64,000 nt of DNA from an uncultured Candidatus Saccharibacteria bacterium (lineage in GTDB: Bacteria > Patescibacteriota > UBA1384 > JAGGWG01 > CAZAJM01): contig CAZAJM010000001.1 of assembly GCA_964485625.1 (NCBI GenBank), positions 29,803 through 93,802 of the forward strand. The letters are read 5' to 3'. Made by a program: the position numbers and the translations under genes. The first letter of the stretch is position 1; the number at the start of each line of letters is the position of its first letter. Positions 36,556 to 45,562 of this stretch are shown piece after piece. A model generated the notes under the pieces. It saw only the letters and a list, made by a program, of their open reading frames with translations, did no database searches and was not told the DNA's origin.

Positions 36556-37272
36556 ATGCCTAAATTAAGCGTTGTTATCCCGGCTTACAATGAATCTAAA
36601 AGAATTACTCCAACTCTGGAGGCCACTAGAAAATATTTAGAGGGTCAAGACTATGATTATGAAGTTTTAATTGTTAATGATGGTTCTACTGATAATACTG
36701 CTCAGGTGGTAAATGGGGTTATAGAGAATTGGTCTGAGTTTAAGCTAATAGATAACAGGAAGAATAAAGGCAAGGGTGGTGTGGTTAAGCAAGGCATGCT
36801 AGAGGCCAAGGGAGATTGGCGACTGTTTATGGATGCCGATAACTCAACTCCAGTCAGTGAGGTGGAGAAGTTTTGGCCATATACTAATCGCTATGAGATC
36901 ATTATTGGTTCTCGTTACTCCCATGGCGGAGAGGTAACAGAGGCTCAGCCATTAAGTCGGCGAGTGATGTCTCGGTTGGGTAATTTTCTTATTCAAGTGA
37001 TGGTGGCTTGGGGGATGAAAGATACACAGTGTGGCTTTAAGATGTTCTCGGCCAAAGCAACTGAAGAGATCTTTCCTTATCAGACTATGCAGATGTGGTC
37101 TTTTGATATTGAGCTAATTGCTATTGCCAAACGTCATAAGTACAAGATAGCTCAGGAAGGTATTGTCTGGCGTAATGAAGGAGATAGCAAGGTAGGTTCG
37201 GACGCTGCTATGAGAACTTTTAAGAACTTGTTTCGTATTAAGTGGAATCTTATCACTGGTAAGTATAGCTAA
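36556..37272 (+). CDS. Polyprenol-phosphate glycosyltransferase (DPM1/GtrB-like GT2)
   Basis: LSVVIPAYNESKRI...VNDGSTDNT and a DAD motif (FMDADNS). 238 aa, soluble. Classic dolichyl/undecaprenyl-phosphate mannose/glucose synthase architecture. Confidence 0.85.
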   Translation: MPKLSVVIPAYNESKRITPTLEATRKYLEGQDYDYEVLIVNDGSTDNTAQVVNGVIENWSEFKLIDNRKNKGKGGVVKQGMLEAKGDWRLFMDADNSTPVSEVEKFWPYTNRYEIIIGSRYSHGGEVTEAQPLSRRVMSRLGNFLIQVMVAWGMKDTQCGFKMFSAKATEEIFPYQTMQMWSFDIELIAIAKRHKYKIAQEGIVWRNEGDSKVGSDAAMRTFKNLFRIKWNLITGKYS

Positions 37273-37320
37273 AAAGAAAAAGAGGGCCTTAAAATTATAA
37301 GTTTTATTTAAGGCTCCTTT

Positions 37321-38673
37321 TTAATGGAGCAGTTTTAGGTTCCAGATCTCAATATCATCGATATCACCATAGCCATTCTTGCCAATCTGAATTGAGATGG
37401 TATTGCTGCCTCTTCTAAATATTTTACCGGGCAGCTCTCTTTCTACCTTTCTGCCATTATCTTGGGTAGAGTTTGGCTGGAGTTGGAACTGATGGCCGTT
37501 AATAGTACAAGTACTGTTCTCCACTCCTCTAGAGTTATATACCAAAGTTAGGCTAGGTGGAACTGATTCTAGCTCGAATGTAGTCTGCCAGCTGCTAGCG
37601 TTAGCTTTCTGGCTAAAGTTACTATTAACCTCTCCCTGATAGAAGTTATTACCTAGCCGAATATGCCCTTCCTCAATTACTAGCTCTTGATTGTTGCCTC
37701 CGTAAGGAGTAATCGGCCAGTCTCCTGTCTTAAAGCTTATCTGCCAATTGATTGACCCCTGGCCACTACTTGGGCGTAAGTTATTAAGACTTAAGCTGTA
37801 TCTCTGATTGGCATTGAAGGTAACACCCCAAGCTCTAATTAAACTCTTATCATCTTGATGGGGGTAGTCAAATATACCGTGATTAACAAGTAGGTATGGC
37901 TTAAGCTCAACTGCCCGATCAAAGTCTTCTAGCTCAACTGGCTGACTGAATCGAATCAGGATATGCTTAACAGGGCTGACTCCGGTCTCTCCATCACCAA
38001 CATTGCATCTTACTACTCTAAACTGGTTGCCAAACGAATTCTCAAGCTCGGGTTCAATTGGGAAGATATCAGCAAAGACTTTAGAGGCCTGCCTTATCTC
38101 CTGGTCTGTCTTGCGTATAAGTTTTGCTCTAACTGCCGGAATAGGCGGACTGCCTTTCCAGAGACAATATTGCTTATTCTCCAGATTAACTTTCTCTCCT
38201 TTATACCTCAGGCATAGGTGTAGGTGGGTACCTGTAGAGTAGCCACTGTTGCCCATCTTGCCAATAATGTCTCCAGCTCGAACAATATCACCAGCCCTGA
38301 CTAGACTAACAGAGAAGTGAGAGTAGCTGCTCTCTAGGTTGCCATGGTTTATCTTAACGTAGTTTCCACCAATATATTGATGTGGGTACGTGTTGCCAAA
38401 ACCATTGGTCGCTTCTACAACCACTCCATCCATAACCGCTCTTACGGGTTGGCCTGGTCTGCCAACATAGTCGTTAGCTCCATGCCAGACCCCACCATAT
38501 TGGTAGCAGTAGAAACCACAGTGAGTAGGAATATATTCATCAAGAGGGAAGTAGAGACAATGGCCATACTCATTGAAGGCCCTAGCCTCAACAGAAAGAC
38601 CGTCGCTATTTGACTGGTAAGTAAGAGTAAGGAACAGAAAGACTAGAAATATGATTAGCCAGTTTAGCCTCAC
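37321..38673 (-). CDS. Secreted M23 (LytM) family metallopeptidase with a C-terminal beta-rich domain
   Basis: Signal peptide. HGANDYVG (HxxxD) and GTHLHLCLR (HxH) motifs. Confidence 0.85.
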   Translation of the reverse strand: MRLNWLIIFLVFLFLTLTYQSNSDGLSVEARAFNEYGHCLYFPLDEYIPTHCGFYCYQYGGVWHGANDYVGRPGQPVRAVMDGVVVEATNGFGNTYPHQYIGGNYVKINHGNLESSYSHFSVSLVRAGDIVRAGDIIGKMGNSGYSTGTHLHLCLRYKGEKVNLENKQYCLWKGSPPIPAVRAKLIRKTDQEIRQASKVFADIFPIEPELENSFGNQFRVVRCNVGDGETGVSPVKHILIRFSQPVELEDFDRAVELKPYLLVNHGIFDYPHQDDKSLIRAWGVTFNANQRYSLSLNNLRPSSGQGSINWQISFKTGDWPITPYGGNNQELVIEEGHIRLGNNFYQGEVNSNFSQKANASSWQTTFELESVPPSLTLVYNSRGVENSTCTINGHQFQLQPNSTQDNGRKVERELPGKIFRRGSNTISIQIGKNGYGDIDDIEIWNLKLLH

Positions 38674-38777
38674 CTGTCTTCGCCTCCTTCTTTGTTTGTC
38701 AAAGTACTAGCACGTAGAAAGCTAGTTTAATTCTAGATTAATAAGGGCAAAAAGGCAAAATAAAAAGGCCTAAGCGG

Positions 38778-39161
38778 TTAGTATCTGTTGATCTGGTGAA
38801 GTAACCACTTAAGCTTGCGAAGGTGACCATAGTTATTGAAAAGAGTTTCAGACTCTTCCATAATCTCGTTAAGGCCACACATAAACTCATCTTCTCGAGC
38901 TTCCTCTCTGCCTGACCAAGGATTAACTCTGTCTTGTGTTTGATTGGTTGAGGAAAATAGGCCGGCCCGGATCTTATCAATTATTTCTACAACTTCATCT
39001 GTATTTTTATGTCTTAGCTGCCAATATTCATCCAGGGTGATTATCCCCTGATCTACTAAGAACATAAACATATCCATGATCTGCCTTTCAATGTTGTAGA
39101 TCTGAGCTAGCTCCCTATCTCTGTTCATGCTCTCCTCCTTCCCTTGGTACGCGTTAGACAA
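38778..39161 (-). CDS. Hypothetical protein
   Basis: 127-aa ORF. No motif. Confidence 0.4.
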   Translation of the reverse strand: MSNAYQGKEESMNRDRELAQIYNIERQIMDMFMFLVDQGIITLDEYWQLRHKNTDEVVEIIDKIRAGLFSSTNQTQDRVNPWSGREEAREDEFMCGLNEIMEESETLFNNYGHLRKLKWLLHQINRY

Positions 39162-39208
39162 AGCTTATCAATAATTAGTTGTTTAGTCAAAATAAAAAGG
39201 CGCAAATC

Positions 39209-39859
39209 TTAGAAGCTGTAGCTGCCTCCAAGGCGCCAGTTAATATCTCCAATGAAATATTCAAGGGAGAGTTGGTAGTCGTCTTGATCAATTATTGCTA
39301 TTGGGCCAATCCCATATCGCTTAATGTACTTATCGTTTGTACCAGTAGCAGATATGCCAAATCTAGTTCTGTCTCCTCTAAGGTAGGCCAGTCTTTCAAC
39401 TTGAATACCCCAGTCCATATCTGTGATAAAGAGTCTAACCTGGCCATCAATAATTAGACTGTTTCTTTGGTGGCTATTATCAAGACCTAGAATGAAGAAT
39501 AGGTCTGACTCTGGATCGTAGTTTTCGTGCTTCTGCCTATCTTCTTGATAGCCGCCCATGCCAATTTTTAGCCACTGGGCGCTATCAATAGTATTGGCAG
39601 TAAAGTCAATCTGGTAATAGTCTGAACCATCTAGATGGAAAACATTATCTCTAAAGTTAAGCTCTGGTCTGCCGGCACCTTCACTAACAATAGCAGAGAG
39701 ATTTCTCTGCAGTATGCCACTATTATAGCTTTCCAAACCAATGCCAATATCCCATGAACTAAGGCCCTGGGAGTTACAATCAGCTTGGCTTAGAATAACA
39801 AAAACAATAATTATCACTGTTAGGATGAGCAGATGAGTTCGTTTGGATACCTTTTTCAA
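39209..39859 (-). CDS. Secreted beta-strand-rich protein ending in a C-terminal Phe (porin/beta-barrel-like)
   Basis: Signal/TM N-terminus. Alternating hydrophobic pattern. C-terminus ...RLGGSYSF. Confidence 0.45.
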   Translation of the reverse strand: MKKVSKRTHLLILTVIIIVFVILSQADCNSQGLSSWDIGIGLESYNSGILQRNLSAIVSEGAGRPELNFRDNVFHLDGSDYYQIDFTANTIDSAQWLKIGMGGYQEDRQKHENYDPESDLFFILGLDNSHQRNSLIIDGQVRLFITDMDWGIQVERLAYLRGDRTRFGISATGTNDKYIKRYGIGPIAIIDQDDYQLSLEYFIGDINWRLGGSYSF

Positions 39860-39916
39860 GGTACGTCACCTTCCTTTCTAGTACAAATATATTACTCTTT
39901 GCCTAGGTTTGTCAAT

Positions 39917-40723
39917 CTAGACAGAGATATCTCGGCTCTTAAATACTTGCCAAGCGACTACTGAGGTTAATACTATCACTCCGCCAAAGACCAGGTAGGT
40001 ATAGTCTAATACCTCTCCTCTGCCTAGAAGGCTGGTTGGATCAAAGTAGTGGAAAAAGGAGATATATTTTAGATCTTCAAGAGAGTCTTTGAGAGTTGAG
40101 ACAATATTGGCAACATACATCAAAATAATTACACCTACTGAGATAAAACTTACCAGGCCTTTTTTAGATGAAAGAGAGGAGATTAGTATGCCGATGCAGT
40201 AGATGCTCCAGGAAAAGAGCAGTGCTACTAAGGCAAAGGTAAGGTAATTCTCGGTCTGGTAATTAACATCATAGAGAATTGAGAGAGGAATAATTGAGTA
40301 GATAGTAACAAAGACAAAGATAATTAGATTAAAGAGGCCTGACAAGTACTTGGCTAAGAAAAGCTTGGTTCTAGAGATTGGCTGGGCTAGAATAGTCTCG
40401 ATAGTGTTTTTTTCTATCTCTCCGGCAATAGCCGATCCAGCAATGCCGACTCCAATAGCGATGATCATAATGGGCCAGACGAAACTGAACATTTCTGTAG
40501 CCAAGAAATTTTCTACCGAGTCAAAGAACAAACCCCCTTCAAAACCAAAGGCTTCCATGAAGCCATCTGGGAAGGTCTCTAGTAGCTTCTCAAACTCTGG
40601 GGCTTGCTGGGCAAAAGTAGGGAAGAGGCCAACATACATCCAAATAAAAGCGATGGCTGAGGCGATATAGATGCCCAGAGACAGTAACCGGTCTTTAATG
40701 TTTGAAATTAAAATCGGAATCAT
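39917..40723 (-). CDS. ABC-2 type transporter permease
   Basis: 6 TM, 268 aa. Overlaps and lies downstream of the ABC ATPase gene. Confidence 0.7.
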   Translation of the reverse strand: MIPILISNIKDRLLSLGIYIASAIAFIWMYVGLFPTFAQQAPEFEKLLETFPDGFMEAFGFEGGLFFDSVENFLATEMFSFVWPIMIIAIGVGIAGSAIAGEIEKNTIETILAQPISRTKLFLAKYLSGLFNLIIFVFVTIYSIIPLSILYDVNYQTENYLTFALVALLFSWSIYCIGILISSLSSKKGLVSFISVGVIILMYVANIVSTLKDSLEDLKYISFFHYFDPTSLLGRGEVLDYTYLVFGGVIVLTSVVAWQVFKSRDISV

Positions 40724-41595
40724 TTGTAAAATTCTAAAAATATTTTCTCTAAATCAGCATGGTTTATCTCAACGTCTTTGATCTTCTCTTTAGCTAAGAC
40801 TTTTAGCAGAGGGTTAATATCTCCCTTAACGGCTAGATTCATTCGGTGGTCATATTTTTTCTCTACCTTGACGTTTTTTAAGTTGGAGTAGTTAGTTGGC
40901 TTGAAATCTTTTTTAAAATCAATCCTTACCGTGTAGATATGTTTTTTCTTAATCTCGCTTACTTCTTCGATAGCGGCTATCTTGCCCTGTTTGATAATTA
41001 CTACTCGATCACAGATCTTCTCAACTTCATGAAGGTTGTGGGAAGAGAGGAAGATGGTCTTTTTCTCTTCCTTTAGTTCTTCTAGTATTTCATAGATAGC
41101 GTTTTGGAGAATGGGATCTAAACCCAGAGTTGGCTCATCCATAATCATTAAGTCCGGGTCGCTCATCAAGCTTAAAATTAGAGCTAGTTTCTGCTTATTC
41201 CCAGTAGACAGGTTAGCTACTTTCAAGTTGGGGTCAAAATTAAGCCGAGAGATTAGCTCTTTGGGATCTTTTATAATATCTCTAATTTCCTTAATTAGAT
41301 CAATGTGTCTTCTGCCCGTCCAACTCTCATAGAGTCTGGGGCCAGAGGCTAGGTAGCCGATCCTTTCTTTTAAGTTAGTAGTATTAGTTAAAACATCTTT
41401 GCCAAAGATCTCTACGCTTCCACTATTTGGCCTGATAAAATCTAACATACATCTTATGGTAGTAGTCTTGCCAGCACCATTGGGACCTAGAAAACCTAAA
41501 ATCTCACCTTTCTTAACGTCAAAACTAACTCCATCAACGGCCTTTACTTTGCCAAAATGTTTCTTAAGGTCTTTAATTTTAACCACTTCTTTCAT
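40720..41595 (-). CDS. ABC transporter ATP-binding protein
   Basis: Walker A GPNGAGKTT, signature LSTGNKQKL, Walker B IMDEPTLGLD. Confidence 0.9.
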   Translation of the reverse strand: MKEVVKIKDLKKHFGKVKAVDGVSFDVKKGEILGFLGPNGAGKTTTIRCMLDFIRPNSGSVEIFGKDVLTNTTNLKERIGYLASGPRLYESWTGRRHIDLIKEIRDIIKDPKELISRLNFDPNLKVANLSTGNKQKLALILSLMSDPDLMIMDEPTLGLDPILQNAIYEILEELKEEKKTIFLSSHNLHEVEKICDRVVIIKQGKIAAIEEVSEIKKKHIYTVRIDFKKDFKPTNYSNLKNVKVEKKYDHRMNLAVKGDINPLLKVLAKEKIKDVEINHADLEKIFLEFYK

Positions 41596-41706
41596 ACTGA
41601 TAATAATATTACTAAGAAAAGGTTAGTTTGTAAATATCTTCTGTTAGAGGTAAAATTAATTTAAGCAGTACCCAGACAAAATATGAAGAACAAGGAGTGG
41701 GATCCG

Positions 41707-41847
41707 ATGAGCTCTATGCCGGAGACAAAACCAAATGAATATATTCCCCAAATATATACCAAGTGTCCAAATCCTCATTGTGATTATGTTAACAGCTCCA
41801 ATAGGGATCGTTGTCCAAGGTGCAAGAGAGACCTTAAGAGGATATGA
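41707..41847 (+). CDS. Zinc-ribbon micro-protein (46 aa); not in the supplied ORF track
   Basis: AAGGAG RBS 11 nt upstream. MSSMPETKPNEYIPQIYTKCPNPHCDYVNSSNRDRCPRCKRDLKRI with CxxxC...CxxC. Its TGA overlaps the next ATG (ATATGA). Confidence 0.45.
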   Translation: MSSMPETKPNEYIPQIYTKCPNPHCDYVNSSNRDRCPRCKRDLKRI

Positions 41848-42017
41848 GCAGACTTTGCAGTAACTGTGGCTCATATATCACAAATGTCTTAGATAAATAC
41901 TGCTATGGTTGTGGTGCTGAAATAGCAAGCAGGGCAAGCACTAGGAATTGCCCAAGTTGTGGTAATAGCAACTATGTTAGTGACAGCTACTGTAGGGGAT
42001 GTGGTAGGAAGCTTTGA
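41844..42017 (+). CDS. Double zinc-ribbon micro-protein (57 aa); not in the supplied ORF track
   Basis: MSRLCSNCGSYITNVLDKYCYGCGAEIASRASTRNCPSCGNSNYVSDSYCRGCGRKL has four CxxC pairs in the DZR pattern. Confidence 0.5.
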   Translation: MSRLCSNCGSYITNVLDKYCYGCGAEIASRASTRNCPSCGNSNYVSDSYCRGCGRKL

Positions 42018-42082
42018 CAAGTAGTATAATAGCTGTTAGACTCTAGGTCCGTAAAACAACGCACCAGCGGAGGGATGAGCAG

Positions 42083-42208
42083 ATGAACGGCAGCGAGAAG
42101 ATCAGATGCAGGGTTTGTGGGGGACAGATCAATCAGGGGGAGTGCAGTGTTTGCGGGGGATACAATAATAGCAAGCCAGAGCCTCATCCGGATCAGAATT
42201 ACAAGTAG
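42083..42208 (+). CDS. Zinc-ribbon micro-protein (41 aa); not in the supplied ORF track
   Basis: MNGSEKIRCRVCGGQINQGECSVCGGYNNSKPEPHPDQNYK with CxxC...CxxC. Confidence 0.4.
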   Translation: MNGSEKIRCRVCGGQINQGECSVCGGYNNSKPEPHPDQNYK

Positions 42209-42317
42209 CTTAAGTTAAGTAACATTATCTAGACCGAATCATTAGTTCTTTGTTAGCATTCAATACTTGAACTTTTGAACACATTTATTTCGGTCTTCTT
42301 TTTTTTAGACAATATTG

Positions 42318-42623
42318 TTACTCGTTCTTTTTTATAAACTGTTTTAGAGAATCTAGAGCCTGGGCGCCGACCAGCCTATCTACCTCTTTGCCTTTATCAT
42401 AAATAATGAAGGTTGGCACGCCCATAATATTTTCTTGCTCAGAGATGTTGGGGTTTCGGTTAATATTTAGCTTGTAAACTTCAATATCAACCTCTTTTTT
42501 CAATTGTTCTACCACCGGCTCCATCTGCTTGCAAGGTATGCACCATGAACCCCAAAAATCTACTAGAATTTTTTTCTTTGATTCCAGAACCTTCTCTTGG
42601 AAAGTTTTTGAGTTTAATTCCAT
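42318..42623 (-). CDS. Thioredoxin
   Basis: WGSWCIPCKQM active site (WCxPC). 101 aa. Start/stop abuts the SQD1-like gene. Confidence 0.85.
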   Translation of the reverse strand: MELNSKTFQEKVLESKKKILVDFWGSWCIPCKQMEPVVEQLKKEVDIEVYKLNINRNPNISEQENIMGVPTFIIYDKGKEVDRLVGAQALDSLKQFIKKNE

Positions 42624-44161
42624 TACTTGTCAATTAATTTACCCTGGTAGCCTTTCTTCTTTTTCTTTTTATCGGTTTTAACAATCTCTAAAACTTCTGA
42701 ATCTTTCTTCTCTCCCGACCATCTAGTTTTAGGCATTATGGTATGTTTTTTCTCTTTCATTCTGCTAACAATTTCGGGTTTGGTTAGTAGTTTGAAGGTC
42801 TCAGTTATCTCTTCTTCTAGGCCAATCGTTGGTTTAAAGCCAAATCTGTTAGGTAGATTACGAGAGACCACCTCTAAGGGATGGTTCTCGGCTTCTACTC
42901 GAGGGTTTTCTAATCTCTGAATTTTTACATTCTTTTTGAACTTTTTGCCAACCTTAGCGATTGTTTGAGCTAGATCGTTAATTTTGTAGAGGCCTGATAC
43001 CTGATTTACGACATCATACTGGCCCGGTTCAGGAGGTGAGAAGATTAATCTGGCCATACAGTCCATGGCGTCTCTTAAGGCAATAAAGCCTCTTATCTGT
43101 TCGCCACCACCATATACCGTTAAAGGCAGGCCAAGGATGGCTTGAGCAACGAAACGATTAATAACTGTGCCGAACCATTCGTCAATATCGAATCTTGTTC
43201 TTAAGTTTTTATCTTTAGCAACCTCATCGGTGTGGACTCCGTAGATCACTCCCTGCATAACATCATAACTTCTAAGCCACCAATACTTACAGGCCTCATA
43301 AACATTGAAGGTGTCCTGAACTTTTGAGCAATGGTAGAAGCTAACCGGATCTCTGGGAGTTATCTCTCCTCCTAAACTCCACTCTCGGTCATCCCACTTT
43401 AAGGTAGCATCAGAAGGGAACGTACCCTCAAAAAGCGGTCGACCAGTCAGGGGCCCACCGTACTCCCCCATGGTTCCAAGCTTAACCAACGAGCTTTCGG
43501 GCACGATGTCTTTCATCGCCCAGAGCAAGCCCAAGGTGCCTAAGGTGTTGTTGTTTTGGGTCTCTATAGCATGCTCGGCATCGACCATTGAATAAGGAGC
43601 AGAAGGGATTTCTGCATAATGAACAACTGCCTCAGGCTTAACCTCTTCCATAAATTCTCTTAAGTTGTCACCATCCCTAATATCCATCTTACGGAAGTTG
43701 ATATTAATCCCTAATTTTTTTTGAGCGGTATGGAGCCTTTCGGTCATTCTGGCAATAGGAACGATAGTATGGGCGCCTTTTTCCATAACGCAGTCTCGGC
43801 GGGTATAGTTATCGATACCCGATACTTGGCAGCCTAGCTTACCTAGCTTAAGAGCTAGAGTCCAGCCTAAATAACCGTCAACCCCCAAGATCATCACCTT
43901 CATATTTTTAAGCTGATAGCCGTAAGGGCCTTTCTGCCATTGAGGACATTGTTTAAAAGTAATGGTTGGTTCAAAGTGACCTAAATCAGGTCTTCTTCGA
44001 CATTCAATCATAACCTGTTGATCTTTTTGATCTTTGATTTTCTCTCTTGACTGGCCACAGGCAGTAAAGTCTACGTTGCCGATAATTTTTGCTGCCGGGC
44101 AGTTCCAGCAAGTCTTGTTAGCATTTTTTGCCACTGTACTTTTCTTTTTTCTTTTTGCCAT
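42623..44161 (-). CDS. UDP-sulfoquinovose synthase (SQD1/Agl3)-like SDR with a Cys-rich, Lys-rich N-terminal extension
   Basis: SQD1-specific block SFYHCSKVQDTFNVYEACKYWWLRSYDVMQGVIYGV (cf. plant SQD1 [36 protein letters not shown]) and NPRVEAENH (SQD1 NPRVEAEEH). GxxGxxG Rossmann ILGVDGYLG. N-terminal ~85 aa carry CWNC...C...C...C. K-rich C-terminal tail. Confidence 0.8.
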   Translation of the reverse strand: MAKRKKKSTVAKNANKTCWNCPAAKIIGNVDFTACGQSREKIKDQKDQQVMIECRRRPDLGHFEPTITFKQCPQWQKGPYGYQLKNMKVMILGVDGYLGWTLALKLGKLGCQVSGIDNYTRRDCVMEKGAHTIVPIARMTERLHTAQKKLGININFRKMDIRDGDNLREFMEEVKPEAVVHYAEIPSAPYSMVDAEHAIETQNNNTLGTLGLLWAMKDIVPESSLVKLGTMGEYGGPLTGRPLFEGTFPSDATLKWDDREWSLGGEITPRDPVSFYHCSKVQDTFNVYEACKYWWLRSYDVMQGVIYGVHTDEVAKDKNLRTRFDIDEWFGTVINRFVAQAILGLPLTVYGGGEQIRGFIALRDAMDCMARLIFSPPEPGQYDVVNQVSGLYKINDLAQTIAKVGKKFKKNVKIQRLENPRVEAENHPLEVVSRNLPNRFGFKPTIGLEEEITETFKLLTKPEIVSRMKEKKHTIMPKTRWSGEKKDSEVLEIVKTDKKKKKKGYQGKLIDK

Positions 44162-44172
44162 AAGATGATTTA

Positions 44173-45456
44173 TTAGATTCTATTTATTATTGAAACTATA
44201 TCTTCTACTTGGGGCTTGTCGATTACTTTAATTTTTTTTGATCTGACCAACAGAAAAGCCTGGCTGTTATGTACTCCTGTAAGAAAAGGTCTGGAATATT
44301 TTTGATTGTCTAGTTTGGCTAGGAGATTGAAACCTCGGTTTGGGACCAAGATTAAATCAGGGGCAGATCCTACTTGATCACCTCTATAGATCTCTTCCTT
44401 TCTATATATCTTCTTAATTACCTTCCTGTCCTTGACCTCTATTTTATCAAATAATTGTTCTAATTTATTGATAATTGTCAACCTCTGGTCCCCATTTTTA
44501 ACCTGGCCGGAGGGGTAGTTATCAGCATAATGAAGATATATTCTGCCATGCTCTAGGGCAAAAGCTTGTGAGTTAGCTTTGATGTCAGTTAGGCTAGAGC
44601 CTGAACCGATATCTAGAAAACCGGTTTCTATTAAGTACTGGTTTAGATTAACATCATAGTCGGCATTTTCCATACCGTGATCGGACAAGATTAAAAGAGG
44701 AGTGTTGGCAGAACTTCGTTCAACAATTTTTTTAATAGTTTGATCAACTAGTTTGAAATACTTAAGAAAACTTTGATGGTAGTCACTCTGTTTGCCTTCC
44801 CAATCATGCCAACGGTGATGGCCAAGTCGATCGCTGCCTGTGATAACGTACATTAGAATTTGAGGAGATAGCTTATCCAGATAGTTAAAAAGAGTTTCTT
44901 CTCGCTTAAGATGTACCTTTTCTAGTTGATTATATAGCAGGTAGGGTGATTGCCTTACTTTCTCTGAATCTAAGTCAACTTGGTAGTCAATCTTTTTTAG
45001 ATAACTAAGTTCACTACTTGGATAGACTGCTTTTTTCAAAGTGGGTGAGACAAAACCTGAAATATGAATACCATTTATTTTTTGAGCCGGATAGGTGGCA
45101 GGGACGTTGATAATTAGATATTTTTTGTCTTTTCTTTCTTGCCAAAAAGGTTTGGCTTTTAAAGATAGAAAATTAGGAAAGGAGGTAGTGTAGGTACCCG
45201 GGATTATACCCGTAAAACCAAAGATTCCGTGTTCTCCGGGATTCTTGCCGGTAATGATTGAGCTCCAGGAGACAGAAGAGATAAAAGGAATGGAAGAGTC
45301 CATTTTTGAAAAAAGCGACTCTTTCTTAAGCTTAGAGAAAAATGGCATCACTCCCTGATCAGAGAGCCTGTCAATTAAGCTATATGGAACACCATCGATG
45401 CCAATAATGATCTTTTCCAGATTATCCATACGAACATTATATCTTCTTAGAAACAA
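44173..45456 (-). CDS. Alkaline-phosphatase-superfamily type I phosphodiesterase/nucleotide pyrophosphatase-like protein
   Basis: IIGIDGVPYSLI metal-site motif near the N-terminus and a later His-rich region (GHHRWHDW). 427 aa. The true start may be an internal Met (MDNLEKII). Confidence 0.7.
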   Translation of the reverse strand: MFLRRYNVRMDNLEKIIIGIDGVPYSLIDRLSDQGVMPFFSKLKKESLFSKMDSSIPFISSVSWSSIITGKNPGEHGIFGFTGIIPGTYTTSFPNFLSLKAKPFWQERKDKKYLIINVPATYPAQKINGIHISGFVSPTLKKAVYPSSELSYLKKIDYQVDLDSEKVRQSPYLLYNQLEKVHLKREETLFNYLDKLSPQILMYVITGSDRLGHHRWHDWEGKQSDYHQSFLKYFKLVDQTIKKIVERSSANTPLLILSDHGMENADYDVNLNQYLIETGFLDIGSGSSLTDIKANSQAFALEHGRIYLHYADNYPSGQVKNGDQRLTIINKLEQLFDKIEVKDRKVIKKIYRKEEIYRGDQVGSAPDLILVPNRGFNLLAKLDNQKYSRPFLTGVHNSQAFLLVRSKKIKVIDKPQVEDIVSIINRI

Positions 45457-45562
45457 AAAAGAAACGGAAATAGCAGTATGGGGTTATGATTATCAAAGAT
45501 ATTTAAAATAATAGTTAGATCTATGATATGATAAAGGCAATATATATTGACAGCAAACTATT

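Noticed and set aside
41656-42187. Minus-strand ORFs 41656-41874 and 41987-42187 from the track
   Set aside because: No motifs or RBS. The + strand frames encode three consecutive CxxC zinc ribbons with an RBS and overlapping stop/start, which is a far more coherent reading.
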